From the NCBI GenBank assembly GCA_016708315.1, contig JADJGC010000024.1:26638-90637 (forward strand): DNA of 64,000 nucleotides, given 5' to 3'. The translations under genes were made by a program, and so were the position numbers. This document shows, piece by piece, positions 1-10,884 of the stretch. This DNA is from a bacterium (GTDB lineage Bacteria; Zixibacteria; MSB-5A5; CAIYYT01). Position 1 is the first letter of the stretch. The number at the start of each line of letters is the position of its first letter. The notes under the pieces are model-generated. The model was not told the DNA's origin and made no database searches. It was given only the letters and a program-made list of their open reading frames with translations.

Positions 1-411
1 GAGAGTTGTCCGAAGCGAAGCGAATTCAGTGCTGCAATCGGACGTGCACCCATACAGAAGACATCGCGCAGAATTCCACCGACACCGGTCGCGGCGCCCT
101 GATAGGGTTCGACTGCGGACGGGTGGTTGTGCGATTCGATTTTGAACACGACGGCAAGGTCGTTGCCGAGATCGACAGCGCCGGCGTTTTCCTCGCCGGC
201 TTCGGTGAGAAGCGCCTTGCCGGAGCGCGGCAGGGTCTTGAGTAATGCGATAGAATTCTTGTATGAGCAGTGTTCGGACCACATGACCGAGAAGATCCCT
301 AACTCGGTGAATGATGGTTCGCGACCCAGGATTTGCTTGATCTTGTCGTATTCGTCCGGCAACAGGCCGTGGTCAGCGACTAATTGTGGGGTGATTTTCG
401 GTTCCGCCATT
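1..411 (-). CDS. purL: Phosphoribosylformylglycinamidine synthase subunit PurL (FGAM synthase II), 5' portion only; the gene continues beyond the window start
   Basis: Minus-strand translation from ATG at 411-409 reads [53 protein letters not shown]...[27 protein letters not shown]. These are canonical PurL N-terminal motifs. The Shine-Dalgarno motif GGAGGA lies 5 nt upstream on the minus strand. Not in the ORF track because it runs off the window edge. Confidence 0.85.
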
Positions 412-537
412 GATCCTCCGTCACGGAAAGAGCGGAATGATACGACTCTTTGGAGGAAAATCAACGGGAAAAGTAGGGAAAGAACGCTTGAAGTCGGGTG
501 CGAATTCGTTCGGGCACTGAAGTTTGGGAATAAAAAT

Positions 538-706
538 GCCGGGAGACCCAATTAGTTACTAACCGATACACGGTTTAGGTTGATCCTGCTCATCCATTGG
601 GCAAGATCCCGAGAGTAATTACGGTGTGCTCCTCGCTACCACAGTGGGTGCATCTGGAGCCGACCAGGCCGGGGATATCCGGTCTAAATATTTGGGTCTC
701 CCGGTC
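538..706 (-). promoter_or_regulatory. Structured 5' leader of purL: perfect 11-12 bp long-range inverted repeat (GCCGGGAGACCC at 538-549 / GGGTCTCCCGGTC at 694-706) enclosing about 145 nt, followed on the mRNA by a U-rich stretch; candidate riboswitch or attenuator
   Basis: Complementary arms read directly from the sequence. The location is the roughly 370-nt untranslated leader of a purine biosynthesis gene. The internal GC-rich hairpins (CCGG..CCGG at 669-683) were also read directly. Confidence 0.3.
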
Positions 707-780
707 GCAATTATTATACGTATGAGCTAAATCAGTGGGAAGCACTATTTTAGCATCCGAAAAAAATAGTTAGGAAGGGC

Positions 781-808
781 TTGATTTTCTCATCAGAATC
801 CGTATTAT
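781..808 (+). promoter_or_regulatory. Sigma70-like promoter for rpmB (-35 TTGATT, 16-nt spacer, -10 TATTAT)
   Basis: TTGATT at 781-786 and TATTAT at 803-808, about 30 nt upstream of the rpmB start. The purL leader diverges on the opposite strand. Confidence 0.45.
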
Positions 809-838
809 AAAAGTCTAAACTTTTCGGAGGTATGGAAA

Positions 839-1030
839 TTGTCGAGAGCTTGTGATATTTGCGGTAAGGGTCCCCAGTTTGGGCACAGTGTTTCGCACGC
901 CCACAACCTGACCAAACGCCGCTTCAATCCGAATCTTCGCAACGTCCGCGCCCGTCACGAGGGCAAGGTTACGAATATTCGCGTCTGCACCCGCTGCATC
1001 AAAGCCGGTAAAGTCGTCAAAGTCTACTAA
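839..1030 (+). CDS. rpmB: 50S ribosomal protein L28
   Basis: The 63-aa product [43 protein letters not shown] matches the L28 family signature (MSRxC..GK.P..G...SHA.N.TKRRF.PNL). TTG start with GGAGG 8 nt upstream. Confidence 0.85.
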   Translation: MSRACDICGKGPQFGHSVSHAHNLTKRRFNPNLRNVRARHEGKVTNIRVCTRCIKAGKVVKVY

Positions 1031-1036
1031 TTCGCC

Positions 1037-1068
1037 GCAGTCGAAATCGTAATCGATTTCGACTCTGC
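1037..1068 (+). terminator. Hairpin immediately after the rpmB stop (9-bp core stem TCGAAATCG/CGATTTCGA, 4-nt loop, extended by GCAG/CTGC), followed by a U-containing tract
   Basis: Inverted repeat read directly; it begins 7 nt after the stop codon. Confidence 0.45.
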
Positions 1069-1310
1069 CGGCTAATTCCCTTTCATATTTAATACTGAGT
1101 CGATCAAGTCGGCGTATTTGTGTTTGTGTCCGGGTTTGGGTTTATCTGCCACTTCTGCAGATAGAAGCGCCCTCACCTCCCGATAGAATCGGGATCGTTG
1201 ACCTACCCTTCTCAAATACAGGGAGAGGGAGACCTGGCGCAGCTACTTCCTGACATTGCAAAGTGGTATTGAATTGTTGTCTCGTGCCGGGCGTTGCCGC
1301 CACCCCTCTC

Positions 1311-1516
1311 CCAAAGGGGAGGGGATTCGAGTGCCAGTAGTTGTTTCCCTCTCCCGCTGGGGGATTAGAGGGCGTCTATCATCTCATAAAGTATTCGAAA
1401 AGGTAGAAGGTCTCTATCTGTGCCAGTACTTCGGCATTAGTGAAGAGGGGAAATTCGAGGACTGAGCCAGTAGTTGTTTCCCTCTCCCGCCGGGAGAGGG
1501 ATTAAGGGTGAGGGCG
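1311..1516. repeat. GC-rich palindromic repeat elements in the convergent rpmB/ftsZ intergenic region: CCCTCTCCC occurs three times (1314, 1357, 1489) paired with GGGGAGGGG/GGGAGAGGG. Two longer direct-repeat copies of about 45 bp sit at 1339-1384 and 1464-1516. The second contains a perfect 9-bp hairpin CCCTCTCCC-gcc-GGGAGAGGG.
   Basis: Direct and inverted repeats read from the sequence. REP/MITE-like; the ORF-track entries 1256..1465 and 1508..1774 are probably translation artefacts of this element. Confidence 0.5.
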
Positions 1517-1661
1517 TTTCAGATTGAGCGTGGTGGCGTTTCCACGCCAGAGCGAACTGCAAAAAACATCCCCCGCCTCTTGCGAGACGGGGGCGAAACG
1601 TGCAAAACCCAAGTTGTCGTGGTAGGGTCGGTTAACTTGACATCTTTTTTTCCAACGAACT

Positions 1662-1684
1662 GTCAGGAGCACAAGGCTCCTGAC
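1662..1684. other. Perfect 9-bp hairpin (GTCAGGAGC-acaag-GCTCCTGAC) about 17 nt past the ftsZ stop. A T7 tract lies 10 nt upstream on the plus strand. No U-tract follows directly on either strand, so it is not a canonical terminator.
   Basis: Read directly. Confidence 0.3.
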
Positions 1685-1700
1685 CTACTTAGCTACAAGT

Positions 1701-2870
<1,170 letters not shown>

Positions 2871-2899
2871 ATTTCTACCTCGTCCTTGGGTTTTCCTAC

Positions 2900-4129
2900 C
2901 TAAAAGTTGAACAACGAATTGAACACTTTTTCCAGTCTATTGAATGCGCGGTTGAACATTCCCGCTTCCCGGCTGCCTTTGTCGGGATGGTCGATGCCGT
3001 AGCGGACCAGTCCAAAGGCGGTCGAGTACATTGGATTTGTCACGATGTGCGACATGCCGCCGAATCCGCGCGGTGTGCCGACACGCACCGGCAGATCGAA
3101 AACTTGTTCGGCCAACACGTCGATGCCGCGCAGCATGGAGCCGCCGCCGGTCAGCACGATGCCGCCTGCGACTGACTGATAGAAGTTGGTGCGCTTGAGT
3201 TCGAGCAGTACCATTTTGAAGATTTCTTCGACGCGCGGCTGGATGATGCTGGCCACGACGCCAAGCGACACATCACGGGGCGGACGCTCGCCGATACTGG
3301 GGATGGAAATCATCTCTTCAGTATTCACGAGGCTCATCATCGCAGCGCCGAAGTCAAGCTTGATTTGTTCGGCGGTGTCAATCGGTGTGCGCAGGCCAAT
3401 CGCCAAGTCGTTGGTGATATTGCGGCCACCGAGACCGATGACGGCGGTGTGGCGAATCGACGAATCGGTGAAGAGCGCTATATCGGTTGTTCCGCCGCCG
3501 AGATCGATCAGCACGGTGCCGAGATCCTTTTCGTCTTCGTGCAAAACGCAGAGCGAGGACGCCAGCGGCTGGAGGACCAGGTCGCGGACTTCATAGCCCG
3601 CGCGCTTGATTGATTTGTAGATATTTTGCGCCGAGGTGGTGGCGCCGGTGACGATGTGGACTTCGGCCTCGAGACGCACGCCGGACATTCCGGTCGGGTC
3701 TTTGATGCCGCCCTGATCGTCGACGATATATTCCTGCGGCAGTACGTGGATAACCTCGCGGTCGCCCGGAATGGCAAACGACTTTGCCGCTTCAATCACT
3801 CGGCTCACATCATATTCCGAAATCTCGTTGTCGGAACGGCTGACGGCGATGACGCCGCGCGAGTTGATGCTCTTGATGTGGTCGCCGGCGATACCGGCAT
3901 AGACTGACTTGATTTCGAGACCCGCCATCTCTTCGGCTGAAGCGATAGCGCGCTGGATCGAACCGATAGTTTTTTCCAAGTTGATGACGACGCCTTTTTT
4001 CAGTCCTTCGGACGGCGCCGTACCGACTCCGATGATTTCGTCTTCCGCGTCATTCGACCGCCGGCAGACAAGGGCACAGATCTTGGTCGTGCCGATGTCC
4101 AACCCACAGACAACTCTCTCAGATCCCAT
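2900..4129 (-). CDS. ftsA: Cell division protein FtsA (actin-like ATPase)
   Basis: Contains [13 protein letters not shown] and the actin fold motifs DLGGGTTD. Sits between ftsQ and ftsZ. Confidence 0.9.
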   Translation of the reverse strand: MGSERVVCGLDIGTTKICALVCRRSNDAEDEIIGVGTAPSEGLKKGVVINLEKTIGSIQRAIASAEEMAGLEIKSVYAGIAGDHIKSINSRGVIAVSRSDNEISEYDVSRVIEAAKSFAIPGDREVIHVLPQEYIVDDQGGIKDPTGMSGVRLEAEVHIVTGATTSAQNIYKSIKRAGYEVRDLVLQPLASSLCVLHEDEKDLGTVLIDLGGGTTDIALFTDSSIRHTAVIGLGGRNITNDLAIGLRTPIDTAEQIKLDFGAAMMSLVNTEEMISIPSIGERPPRDVSLGVVASIIQPRVEEIFKMVLLELKRTNFYQSVAGGIVLTGGGSMLRGIDVLAEQVFDLPVRVGTPRGFGGMSHIVTNPMYSTAFGLVRYGIDHPDKGSREAGMFNRAFNRLEKVFNSLFNF

Positions 4130-4844
4130 TGTTCACCTCTCTATCCATAGAAACTCTAGATTTCAGCACAGCGAGATCAACCATCCGCAGGTCGATATCC
4201 AGACCGGGATTCTTGTTGCTCTCGAGTATTTTTTCAATCCGTTGAATTTTCGAATCAAATTCGCCCAAACCGAGATGGACGACTATTGAGCCCGGCTCGA
4301 TGATCAGTTTGAGTTCGCCGTTTTCGATGACGATCTCGGAAAGCGTGTCATAGGAGCGCGGGTATCGTGTTTTGACTGTTTCAATAAATGTTATCGCGGA
4401 ACGCAAAGCGGCATCGTCAATGATGCTGAAGCAAACCGGCGATTTGATATTGACGCCGCGAATGATCGGCAGCTGCAGTCCCTGATCGTTGAGACTGGCC
4501 GGAAGCAGTTCGCAGCGCTTGGTGATGCCGTAAAGTTGGTTGAGATAGACATATCCGACCGGGCTCTTCTCGGTCACCGTGACAGTAATCTTGCCATAGT
4601 AGTCGGGACGGACTGAAGCCGTCGCTATGAAGTTGTGCTTCATCACGCTATTGAGAATGCCCTTCATCTCGACGTTGAGCAAGTTGTCGCCAACCGTGAC
4701 GGGAATGTCGGCGGCAGTGAGTTTGTCGGAGCCGATGATTTCGACATAGGTGACCTTAACAACGGAATACTTCTTCGCGGCGAATCCGGCGCCAAGCACA
4801 AGCAGCGAAAAGAAGAAGAGATATGTCGCGATCCGCTTGCTCAT
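4119..4844 (-). CDS. ftsQ: Cell division protein FtsQ/DivIB (single TM helix plus POTRA-like region)
   Basis: N-terminal TM helix (YLFFFSLLVLGAGFAA). Positioned between murC and ftsA. Overlaps both neighbours by a few nucleotides. Confidence 0.7.
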   Translation of the reverse strand: MSKRIATYLFFFSLLVLGAGFAAKKYSVVKVTYVEIIGSDKLTAADIPVTVGDNLLNVEMKGILNSVMKHNFIATASVRPDYYGKITVTVTEKSPVGYVYLNQLYGITKRCELLPASLNDQGLQLPIIRGVNIKSPVCFSIIDDAALRSAITFIETVKTRYPRSYDTLSEIVIENGELKLIIEPGSIVVHLGLGEFDSKIQRIEKILESNKNPGLDIDLRMVDLAVLKSRVSMDREVNNGI

Positions 4845-6220
4845 TTGCCGATCGCCTCCAGAATCTTGGGTGCGGTTTTGTAAATATCGCCGGCGCCGAC
4901 GGTGAAAACGACATCACCGGGCTGGGCATATTTTGCGACGATCGACGGGATCTGCGCGACGTCATCGACGTATTGCACGTTCTTGTGACCAAAGCGAGAT
5001 GAGGCATCACTGATAAGACGCGACGTTACGCCTTCAATCGGTTTCTCGCGGGCCGGATAAATCTTGGCGACGATCAGCATATCAGAGGTGAGCAGCGCCT
5101 TTGCGAATTCTTCGTAGAAGTCCTGCGTGCGGCTGAAGAGATGCGGCTGGAACACGACAATGATGCGGTTCTTGAATGCAATGCGTGCTGCCTGCAATGT
5201 GACATCGACCTCGGTCGGATGATGACCATAGTCGTCGTAGACCTTGATGCCATTTTGCTCGCCGATGAGATCGAAACGGCGATTGACGCCTTTGAAGCAC
5301 TCCAGCGCTTTCTTAATCGTGGCAAACGGTATGTCGTTTTCAAGTGCGACGGAAATCGCAGCAAGCGCGTTCTTGACATTGAAAATGCCGGGCTTGGGGA
5401 GGGCAATGTTTCCGAGGAGCTTGCCCTGATGATAGAGATCGAATGTTGTGGTGGTGCCGATCTGGTGAACATTGTCGGCGCGAGTATCGGCCTGGCCTTT
5501 GAGTCCGAAGGTGCGGATCGGGCGAATCAGGTCAGGGATCAAGCTGACGAGATTCGATTCGTCAAGACAAAGGTGAATCGTGCCATAGAACGGGACCTTA
5601 TTGGCGAACTGCGTGAATGCAACTTTGATTTCGTCGAGATCCTTGTAGTAGTCAAGATGGTCGGCTTCGAGTGTCGTTAGGACTGCTATCGAAGGCGTCA
5701 ATGTCAGGAACGAACGATCGTATTCGTCGGCTTCGGCGATGAGCAACTCTCCCTTACCGAGCTTGACGGTAGTTTCGAACGAAATCACGCGACCGCCGAC
5801 CATGACAGTCGGGTCCATGCCGGCTTCGACGAAGATGTGGCCGAGCATCGAGGTCGTGGTGGTTTTGCCGTGGGTGCCGGCGATGCCGATGCCGAATTTC
5901 AGGCGCATCAATTCGCCGAGCATTTCAGCGCGGCGGATGATCGGAATCTTGCGGCGGCGGGCTTCGATGATTTCCGGATTGTCCTCGTGGACAGCGGAGG
6001 AAATCACAACGCAGTCGGCGCTGTTGACATTGGCGGTGGCGTGGCCTTCATAGACTTTGATGCCGATCGCTTCAAGGTGATCGGTGACTTCGGTCTTGCT
6101 CAAATCACTGCCGGTGACAATGTATTCCTGATTATGTAAAACTTCGGCAAGGCCGCACATACCTATGCCGCCGATGCCGACAAAATGCAATTTCTTTATC
6201 TTACCGAACTTCATCTCCAC
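4841..6220 (-). CDS. murC: UDP-N-acetylmuramate--L-alanine ligase
   Basis: Contains GIGGIGMCGLAEVL and the Mur ligase P-loop GTHGKTTTTSML. Confidence 0.9.
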   Translation of the reverse strand: MEMKFGKIKKLHFVGIGGIGMCGLAEVLHNQEYIVTGSDLSKTEVTDHLEAIGIKVYEGHATANVNSADCVVISSAVHEDNPEIIEARRRKIPIIRRAEMLGELMRLKFGIGIAGTHGKTTTTSMLGHIFVEAGMDPTVMVGGRVISFETTVKLGKGELLIAEADEYDRSFLTLTPSIAVLTTLEADHLDYYKDLDEIKVAFTQFANKVPFYGTIHLCLDESNLVSLIPDLIRPIRTFGLKGQADTRADNVHQIGTTTTFDLYHQGKLLGNIALPKPGIFNVKNALAAISVALENDIPFATIKKALECFKGVNRRFDLIGEQNGIKVYDDYGHHPTEVDVTLQAARIAFKNRIIVVFQPHLFSRTQDFYEEFAKALLTSDMLIVAKIYPAREKPIEGVTSRLISDASSRFGHKNVQYVDDVAQIPSIVAKYAQPGDVVFTVGAGDIYKTAPKILEAIGK

Positions 6221-7296
6221 CCCATGTATTCGAACATTCTTTGCACAATCGCTTCGGCGGCACCCTTGCGGCCGAGTGAACCTGACGCCATTCCCATCGC
6301 CAACAATTTTGAGTCATCGTTTATAAGCTGTGCAATGAAACTCGCAAGATTTAAGTCGCTCAATTGTGAATCTTTTATCAAAATCGCAGCGCCGGCTTCG
6401 ACAAGCGTCTCGGCATTCTTAGTTTGATGGTCGTCGGTCGCTTGCGGATATGGAACGACGACGCATGGTTTGCCGGCGGCAGTGACTTCTGCGAGTGTCA
6501 ATGCTCCAGCACGACAGAGAATCAGATCAGCGACGGCGTATGCAGCGGGCATGTCTTGAATGAACGGCGTTGCCAAACCGGCGTTTCCGGAAGATTGGAA
6601 CGCGGAGATTGACTCTGGATGATTGCCGCATTGCCAGAAGATTTGGAGGTTGTTTTGGCGAGCCAGTTCCGGAAGTGATTGGGCAATCTTGGAGTTGATC
6701 GACGCGGCGCCCTGACTTCCGCCCAGTATTAATAGGGTCTTCTTATTGGCTTCGAGTCCGAAACTGGCGAGTGCCTCTTCCCTGTCGACTTCGCCGATGC
6801 GAGTGTTGACGGGATTACCGCTGAGGATGCACTTCTCGCGGAAGCCGATGCGAGCGGCGGCTTGGTCGTAGGCGATGAAAATCAGGTCAGCGAAGCGGGC
6901 AAGCTTGAGAGTCGCGACGCCGGCAAAGGAATTCTGCTCCTGAATAAACGCGGTGCGATTGGTGAGCTTGGCGCCGAGGACTGCCGGGAATGACAGATAT
7001 CCGCCGGTACCGACGACGACGTCGGGATTGAATTTGATAATCTTGGCAATGGCCTGCAAGATGCCGACGGCGAGTATCGGGAAGAACATCAGATTGCCCA
7101 TCATACTGCCGCGCTTGAGACCGCGGACATTGATTTTGCTCATGCCGTAGCCGCGCGAGCCGATTAGTTTCATCTCTAACTCACGTCCCGTAACAAAAAA
7201 GCGGACCTCGCACTCGCTGCCCAAACGGCGCTGGAATTCCTGCGCAATTGCAAAGGCTGGAAACAAGTGCCCGCCGGTACCGCCGCCTGCAAACAT
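6211..7296 (-). CDS. murG: UDP-GlcNAc:undecaprenyl-PP-MurNAc-pentapeptide GlcNAc transferase MurG
   Basis: MFAGGGTGGHLFPAFA motif. The true ATG is at 7296, 8 nt after the ftsW stop. The track ORF is extended upstream to 7569 through alternative starts. Confidence 0.88.
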   Translation of the reverse strand: MFAGGGTGGHLFPAFAIAQEFQRRLGSECEVRFFVTGRELEMKLIGSRGYGMSKINVRGLKRGSMMGNLMFFPILAVGILQAIAKIIKFNPDVVVGTGGYLSFPAVLGAKLTNRTAFIQEQNSFAGVATLKLARFADLIFIAYDQAAARIGFREKCILSGNPVNTRIGEVDREEALASFGLEANKKTLLILGGSQGAASINSKIAQSLPELARQNNLQIFWQCGNHPESISAFQSSGNAGLATPFIQDMPAAYAVADLILCRAGALTLAEVTAAGKPCVVVPYPQATDDHQTKNAETLVEAGAAILIKDSQLSDLNLASFIAQLINDDSKLLAMGMASGSLGRKGAAEAIVQRMFEYMGWR

Positions 7297-7304
7297 GATG
7301 CGTC

Positions 7305-8426
7305 TCACCCGATCCTCGATTTGAACAGTTGCGGAGTTTCCACGGCGTAGCGGCTGATATTCAGTAGAATGCCAATGGCCGCACAGGTGATTAGCATAGA
7401 CGAGCCGCCATAGCTTAAGAATGGCAATGGCAGACCGGTTGCCGGAATCATTGCCGTTGCGACCATGAGGTTGGTCATTGCCTGACAGAACACGACCAGC
7501 GTGATGCCGATTGCGAGATAAAATCCGGGCAGATCGGGCGAATGGATGGCGATCTTGACGCCGCGCCAAACGAGTATGCCGATTAGAATCAATACCAAGG
7601 TTGCGACAATGAAACCGCCCTCTTCAGCGAGTGTCGCAAAGACAAAGTCGGTGTGTGGCGCTGGGAGATAGAATAGCTTGGCACTGCCTTGGCCGAGACC
7701 TTTGCCGAAGAGTCCGCCGGAGCCGATTGCCAATATCGACTGCTTGACCTGATAGCTTGCCAGTAGCGGATCGGAGACGGATTCGAGGTAGGTATCGACA
7801 CGGGCGCGCTTGTAACCAATTACGTAGACCATCAGGAACGACACCGAGGCCATGCCGCCGACAAGTATCGCAAGGAGTCTCTTGCGGACACCGGCGATAA
7901 AGAGCAGGATGAACGTCGAGGACGCGAGCACCAGTACGGTTCCGAGATTCGGTTGAAGCAGAATCAATCCGAAGCCAACCATGATGACCGGCAGGAGCGG
8001 GAAGATGACCGAGCTGATCTGGGTGATCTTCTCGCGCTTGGCGGCGAGCATCGCGGCGAGGAAAATAATGAGCGAGAATTTGAATACTTCCGAAGGTTGG
8101 AAGCCGAAAAATCCAAAACTGATCCAGCGCTTGGCGCCATTGATTTCGCGGGTGAACAACACGACGACGAGAAGTACCATCGAAATGATTAGCAGCGGCC
8201 AGGCGAGTTTGCAGAGGGCGCGGTAGTTGACACGCATGGCGATAAACAAAGCGGCGACGCTCAAACCCAGCCAGATCAACTGACGTTGGAAGAAGAACGT
8301 GTCGCTGCCGTAGCGCGAATCGGCAAACATGGCGGAAGCCGAATAGACAACGACGGTGCCGATCAGGAGCAGAAGGCCGACGACAATTATCAACAACTTG
8401 TCGACATCACGTGGACGATTCATCAT
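7305..8426 (-). CDS. ftsW: SEDS-family lipid II flippase/peptidoglycan polymerase FtsW
   Basis: About 10 TM segments, and the SEDS motif GSGGLFGKGLGQG. Confidence 0.88.
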   Translation of the reverse strand: MMNRPRDVDKLLIIVVGLLLLIGTVVVYSASAMFADSRYGSDTFFFQRQLIWLGLSVAALFIAMRVNYRALCKLAWPLLIISMVLLVVVLFTREINGAKRWISFGFFGFQPSEVFKFSLIIFLAAMLAAKREKITQISSVIFPLLPVIMVGFGLILLQPNLGTVLVLASSTFILLFIAGVRKRLLAILVGGMASVSFLMVYVIGYKRARVDTYLESVSDPLLASYQVKQSILAIGSGGLFGKGLGQGSAKLFYLPAPHTDFVFATLAEEGGFIVATLVLILIGILVWRGVKIAIHSPDLPGFYLAIGITLVVFCQAMTNLMVATAMIPATGLPLPFLSYGGSSMLITCAAIGILLNISRYAVETPQLFKSRIG

Positions 8427-9793
8427 CCCCTGCCTCCTTCGAGTGCACGTACGGCTTCCTTGAATTTTTCGCCGCGATCTTCGAAGTCGCGGAATTGGTC
8501 AAACGAAGCGCATGCCGGAGAGAGCATCACGACATCGCCCTGAACCGCGTGGTTGGATGCCATTTCCACGGCAGTGTAGATGTTTCCGGCGCGTTCCATT
8601 TTGACGACTCCGGAAAGTTGGGCGGCGATTTTTTCGGTCGCTTCGCCGATGAGGATGATTTCTTTCACGCGTCCAGCCATCAACGGAGCAAGTCTTGTGA
8701 AGTCGCCGGCTTTGTCGCGCCCGCCCATGATGACAATGAGTGGGCGGTCGAATGACTGAAGGGCGACGTAGACGGAATCGACGTTGGTGGCTTTGGAGTC
8801 GTTGATGTAACGCACGCCGTTGATTTCGGCGACATATTCGATGCGGTGCTCTATTCCCTTGAAGGATTTGAGACCGCGGGCGATGTCTGAAGGATCGAGA
8901 CCGAGTACCAATGTCATGGCCGCGGCGGCGGCGCAGTTGGCGACATTGTGCGGACCGGGCACGCCCAATTCATTGGTGCGGCAGATCGTCCCTGACCTGC
9001 CTTCCAATGCGTAAACAAGTTCGCCATCCTTGACGAACACGCCTTCAGCGACACTGCGCTTGGTGGAAAAATGAATGATCTTGGGAGTACCCCAGAGCTT
9101 GGCGGCAGCCAGTATCTCGTCATCGGCGTTTAGCACGAGGTAATCGTTCTCATCCTGCGCGTCGGCAATGCGGTATTTGGCCTCGGCATATTTCTCCAGA
9201 AGCTTGTAACGATCAAGATGATCGGGCGTGATGTTGAGAATTGCTGCGACTTTTGGCTTGAAAGTCTCGATGCGCTCGAGTTGGAAGCTGGAGACCTCGA
9301 CAACCGCATAGTCGCGATCAGAGAGGACGACGACATCATGCGCGAATGGAGAGCCGATATTGCCGGTGGCGACGGCTTTCTTGCCGGCGACATTGAGGAT
9401 GTGCGCAGTCAGCGCGGTTGTGGTCGATTTACCGTTGGTGCCGGTAATTGCGGCAATAGTAGCCGGGCAAAGCCAGGAGGTGACCTCAATCTCGGAGAAT
9501 ACCGGCAAGTGACGTCGTTCGATTTCCTGCATAAACGGCGCAGTGGCGGGAATTCCCGGCGAGACGATGAAAAAGTCGACCTCGCGCATGGCGCGTTCGG
9601 TGTGGCCGCCGACTTCGTAGGAAATACCCTGGTCTTCGAGAGTGCGGATTTCGGTTTCGACTCTCTCGGCTGATTTCATTTCAGAAACAAAGGGAATAGC
9701 GCCGTACTTGCGCACGAGTTGGGCAACGGCCGTTCCTGACCGCGCCATACCGAGTATGGAAATTCGTCTGTCCTTCACAAGATCAATTCTCAT
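8423..9793 (-). CDS. murD: UDP-N-acetylmuramoylalanine--D-glutamate ligase
   Basis: MRIDLVKDRRISILGMARSG start. P-loop ITGTNGKSTTTAL. The track ORF is N-terminally extended into mraY. Confidence 0.88.
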   Translation of the reverse strand: MRIDLVKDRRISILGMARSGTAVAQLVRKYGAIPFVSEMKSAERVETEIRTLEDQGISYEVGGHTERAMREVDFFIVSPGIPATAPFMQEIERRHLPVFSEIEVTSWLCPATIAAITGTNGKSTTTALTAHILNVAGKKAVATGNIGSPFAHDVVVLSDRDYAVVEVSSFQLERIETFKPKVAAILNITPDHLDRYKLLEKYAEAKYRIADAQDENDYLVLNADDEILAAAKLWGTPKIIHFSTKRSVAEGVFVKDGELVYALEGRSGTICRTNELGVPGPHNVANCAAAAAMTLVLGLDPSDIARGLKSFKGIEHRIEYVAEINGVRYINDSKATNVDSVYVALQSFDRPLIVIMGGRDKAGDFTRLAPLMAGRVKEIILIGEATEKIAAQLSGVVKMERAGNIYTAVEMASNHAVQGDVVMLSPACASFDQFRDFEDRGEKFKEAVRALEGGRG

Positions 9794-9795
9794 CG

Positions 9796-10884
9796 TCACC
9801 GGATTTTGAAGGTTGACAAGGCCAATAGCGCGCAGAGCACACCGACAATCCAGAATCGGACGACGACTTTGCTCTCGTGCCAACCGCTAAGTTCGAAGTG
9901 ATGATGGAGGGGAGCCATTTTGAATATCCGCTTTCCCCGCAATTTGAAAGAGGATACCTGGAGTATGACCGATAAAGTTTCAGCCACAAAGACTCCCCCA
10001 ACTATCACCAACAGAATTTCTTTTTTCAAGAGAATGGCGAGCGCGCCGAGAATTCCACCCAATGCCAATGCGCCGGTGTCGCCCATGAAGACCTGCGCGG
10101 GATGGGAATTGTACCAAAGGAAGCCAAGCCCTGCTCCAATGGCGGCGGCGCAATAGACTGTCAATTCACCCGAGCCGGGTAAGTATGCTATATCAAGATA
10201 TTCCGAGAAGTCGGTTCGGCCGGTGATGTATGCCATGCCGGCGAAAGCGACGAAGCAGATCGCCGTCAGACCGATTGCAAGGCCATCAAGGCCATCGGTC
10301 AGATTGACGGCATTCGAAAAACCGGTGATTATGACGATTACGAACGGGATGTAGAGCCAGACCGGGAAATCGAGGAAGTAATTCTTAAAGAACGGAATAT
10401 CGGTTTCAAGGTTGAATAACGGCGTCGGCGGATAGAAATAGAGCAACAAGCCAAGCACGGCGCCAAGTGCGATCTGACCGATGAGTTTCTTGCGCCCAAC
10501 AAGACCCTTCTTCTGATGCTTGATGGCTTTGAGATAGTCGTCCATGAAGCCAATCGCGCCGAGCCAGACAGTAACAATCAGCATGTAAATCACGAAGCGA
10601 TTTGAAAGGTCGGCCCAAAGCAAGGTCGGAATGACGATAGCGGCGAGGATGATGAGGCCGCCCATCGTCGGGGTGCCTTCTTTGACCAGATGCGTTTGCG
10701 GGCCGTCAGTGCGAATGCTCTCTTTGACCTGGCGATTCTTCAGCATACGAATCAACGCCGGGCCGAGGATGAGGCTGATGAACAACGCCGTGATCGTCGC
10801 AGCGGCGCTGCGGAAAGTGATATAGCGGAAGAGATTGAAGAAGTTGATGTGATCCACGAGCGGATAGAGCAATAGATACAACAT
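9796..10884 (-). CDS. mraY: Phospho-N-acetylmuramoyl-pentapeptide transferase MraY
   Basis: Polytopic membrane protein with the DDxxK motif MDDYLKAIK and an FSNAVNLTDGLDGL block. Confidence 0.9.
   Translation of the reverse strand: MLYLLLYPLVDHINFFNLFRYITFRSAAATITALFISLILGPALIRMLKNRQVKESIRTDGPQTHLVKEGTPTMGGLIILAAIVIPTLLWADLSNRFVIYMLIVTVWLGAIGFMDDYLKAIKHQKKGLVGRKKLIGQIALGAVLGLLLYFYPPTPLFNLETDIPFFKNYFLDFPVWLYIPFVIVIITGFSNAVNLTDGLDGLAIGLTAICFVAFAGMAYITGRTDFSEYLDIAYLPGSGELTVYCAAAIGAGLGFLWYNSHPAQVFMGDTGALALGGILGALAILLKKEILLVIVGGVFVAETLSVILQVSSFKLRGKRIFKMAPLHHHFELSGWHESKVVVRFWIVGVLCALLALSTFKIR

Noticed and set aside
538-706. Assigning the purL leader to the ZTP (pfl) or purine riboswitch class
   Set aside because: I could not align the conserved ZTP 3' element (CCGCCUGGGCA-like) or the purine-riboswitch junction nucleotides with confidence from memory. 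Kept only as an unclassified structured leader.
1662-1684. Intrinsic terminator for ftsZ
   Set aside because: The hairpin is perfect, but it is followed by an A-tract rather than a U-tract on the ftsZ transcript, and on the opposite strand the T7 run precedes the stem. Retained only as an unexplained hairpin.
6211-7569. N-terminally extended ORF calls for murG (to 7569), murD (to 9883), mraZ (to 17866), aroB (to 54932), DAHP synthase (to 60462), trpA (to 61672) and the DUF4139 gene (to 35505)
   Set aside because: The conserved N-terminal motifs and RBS or overlap context indicate internal starts. The upstream extensions overlap the preceding gene and are artefacts of longest-ORF calling.
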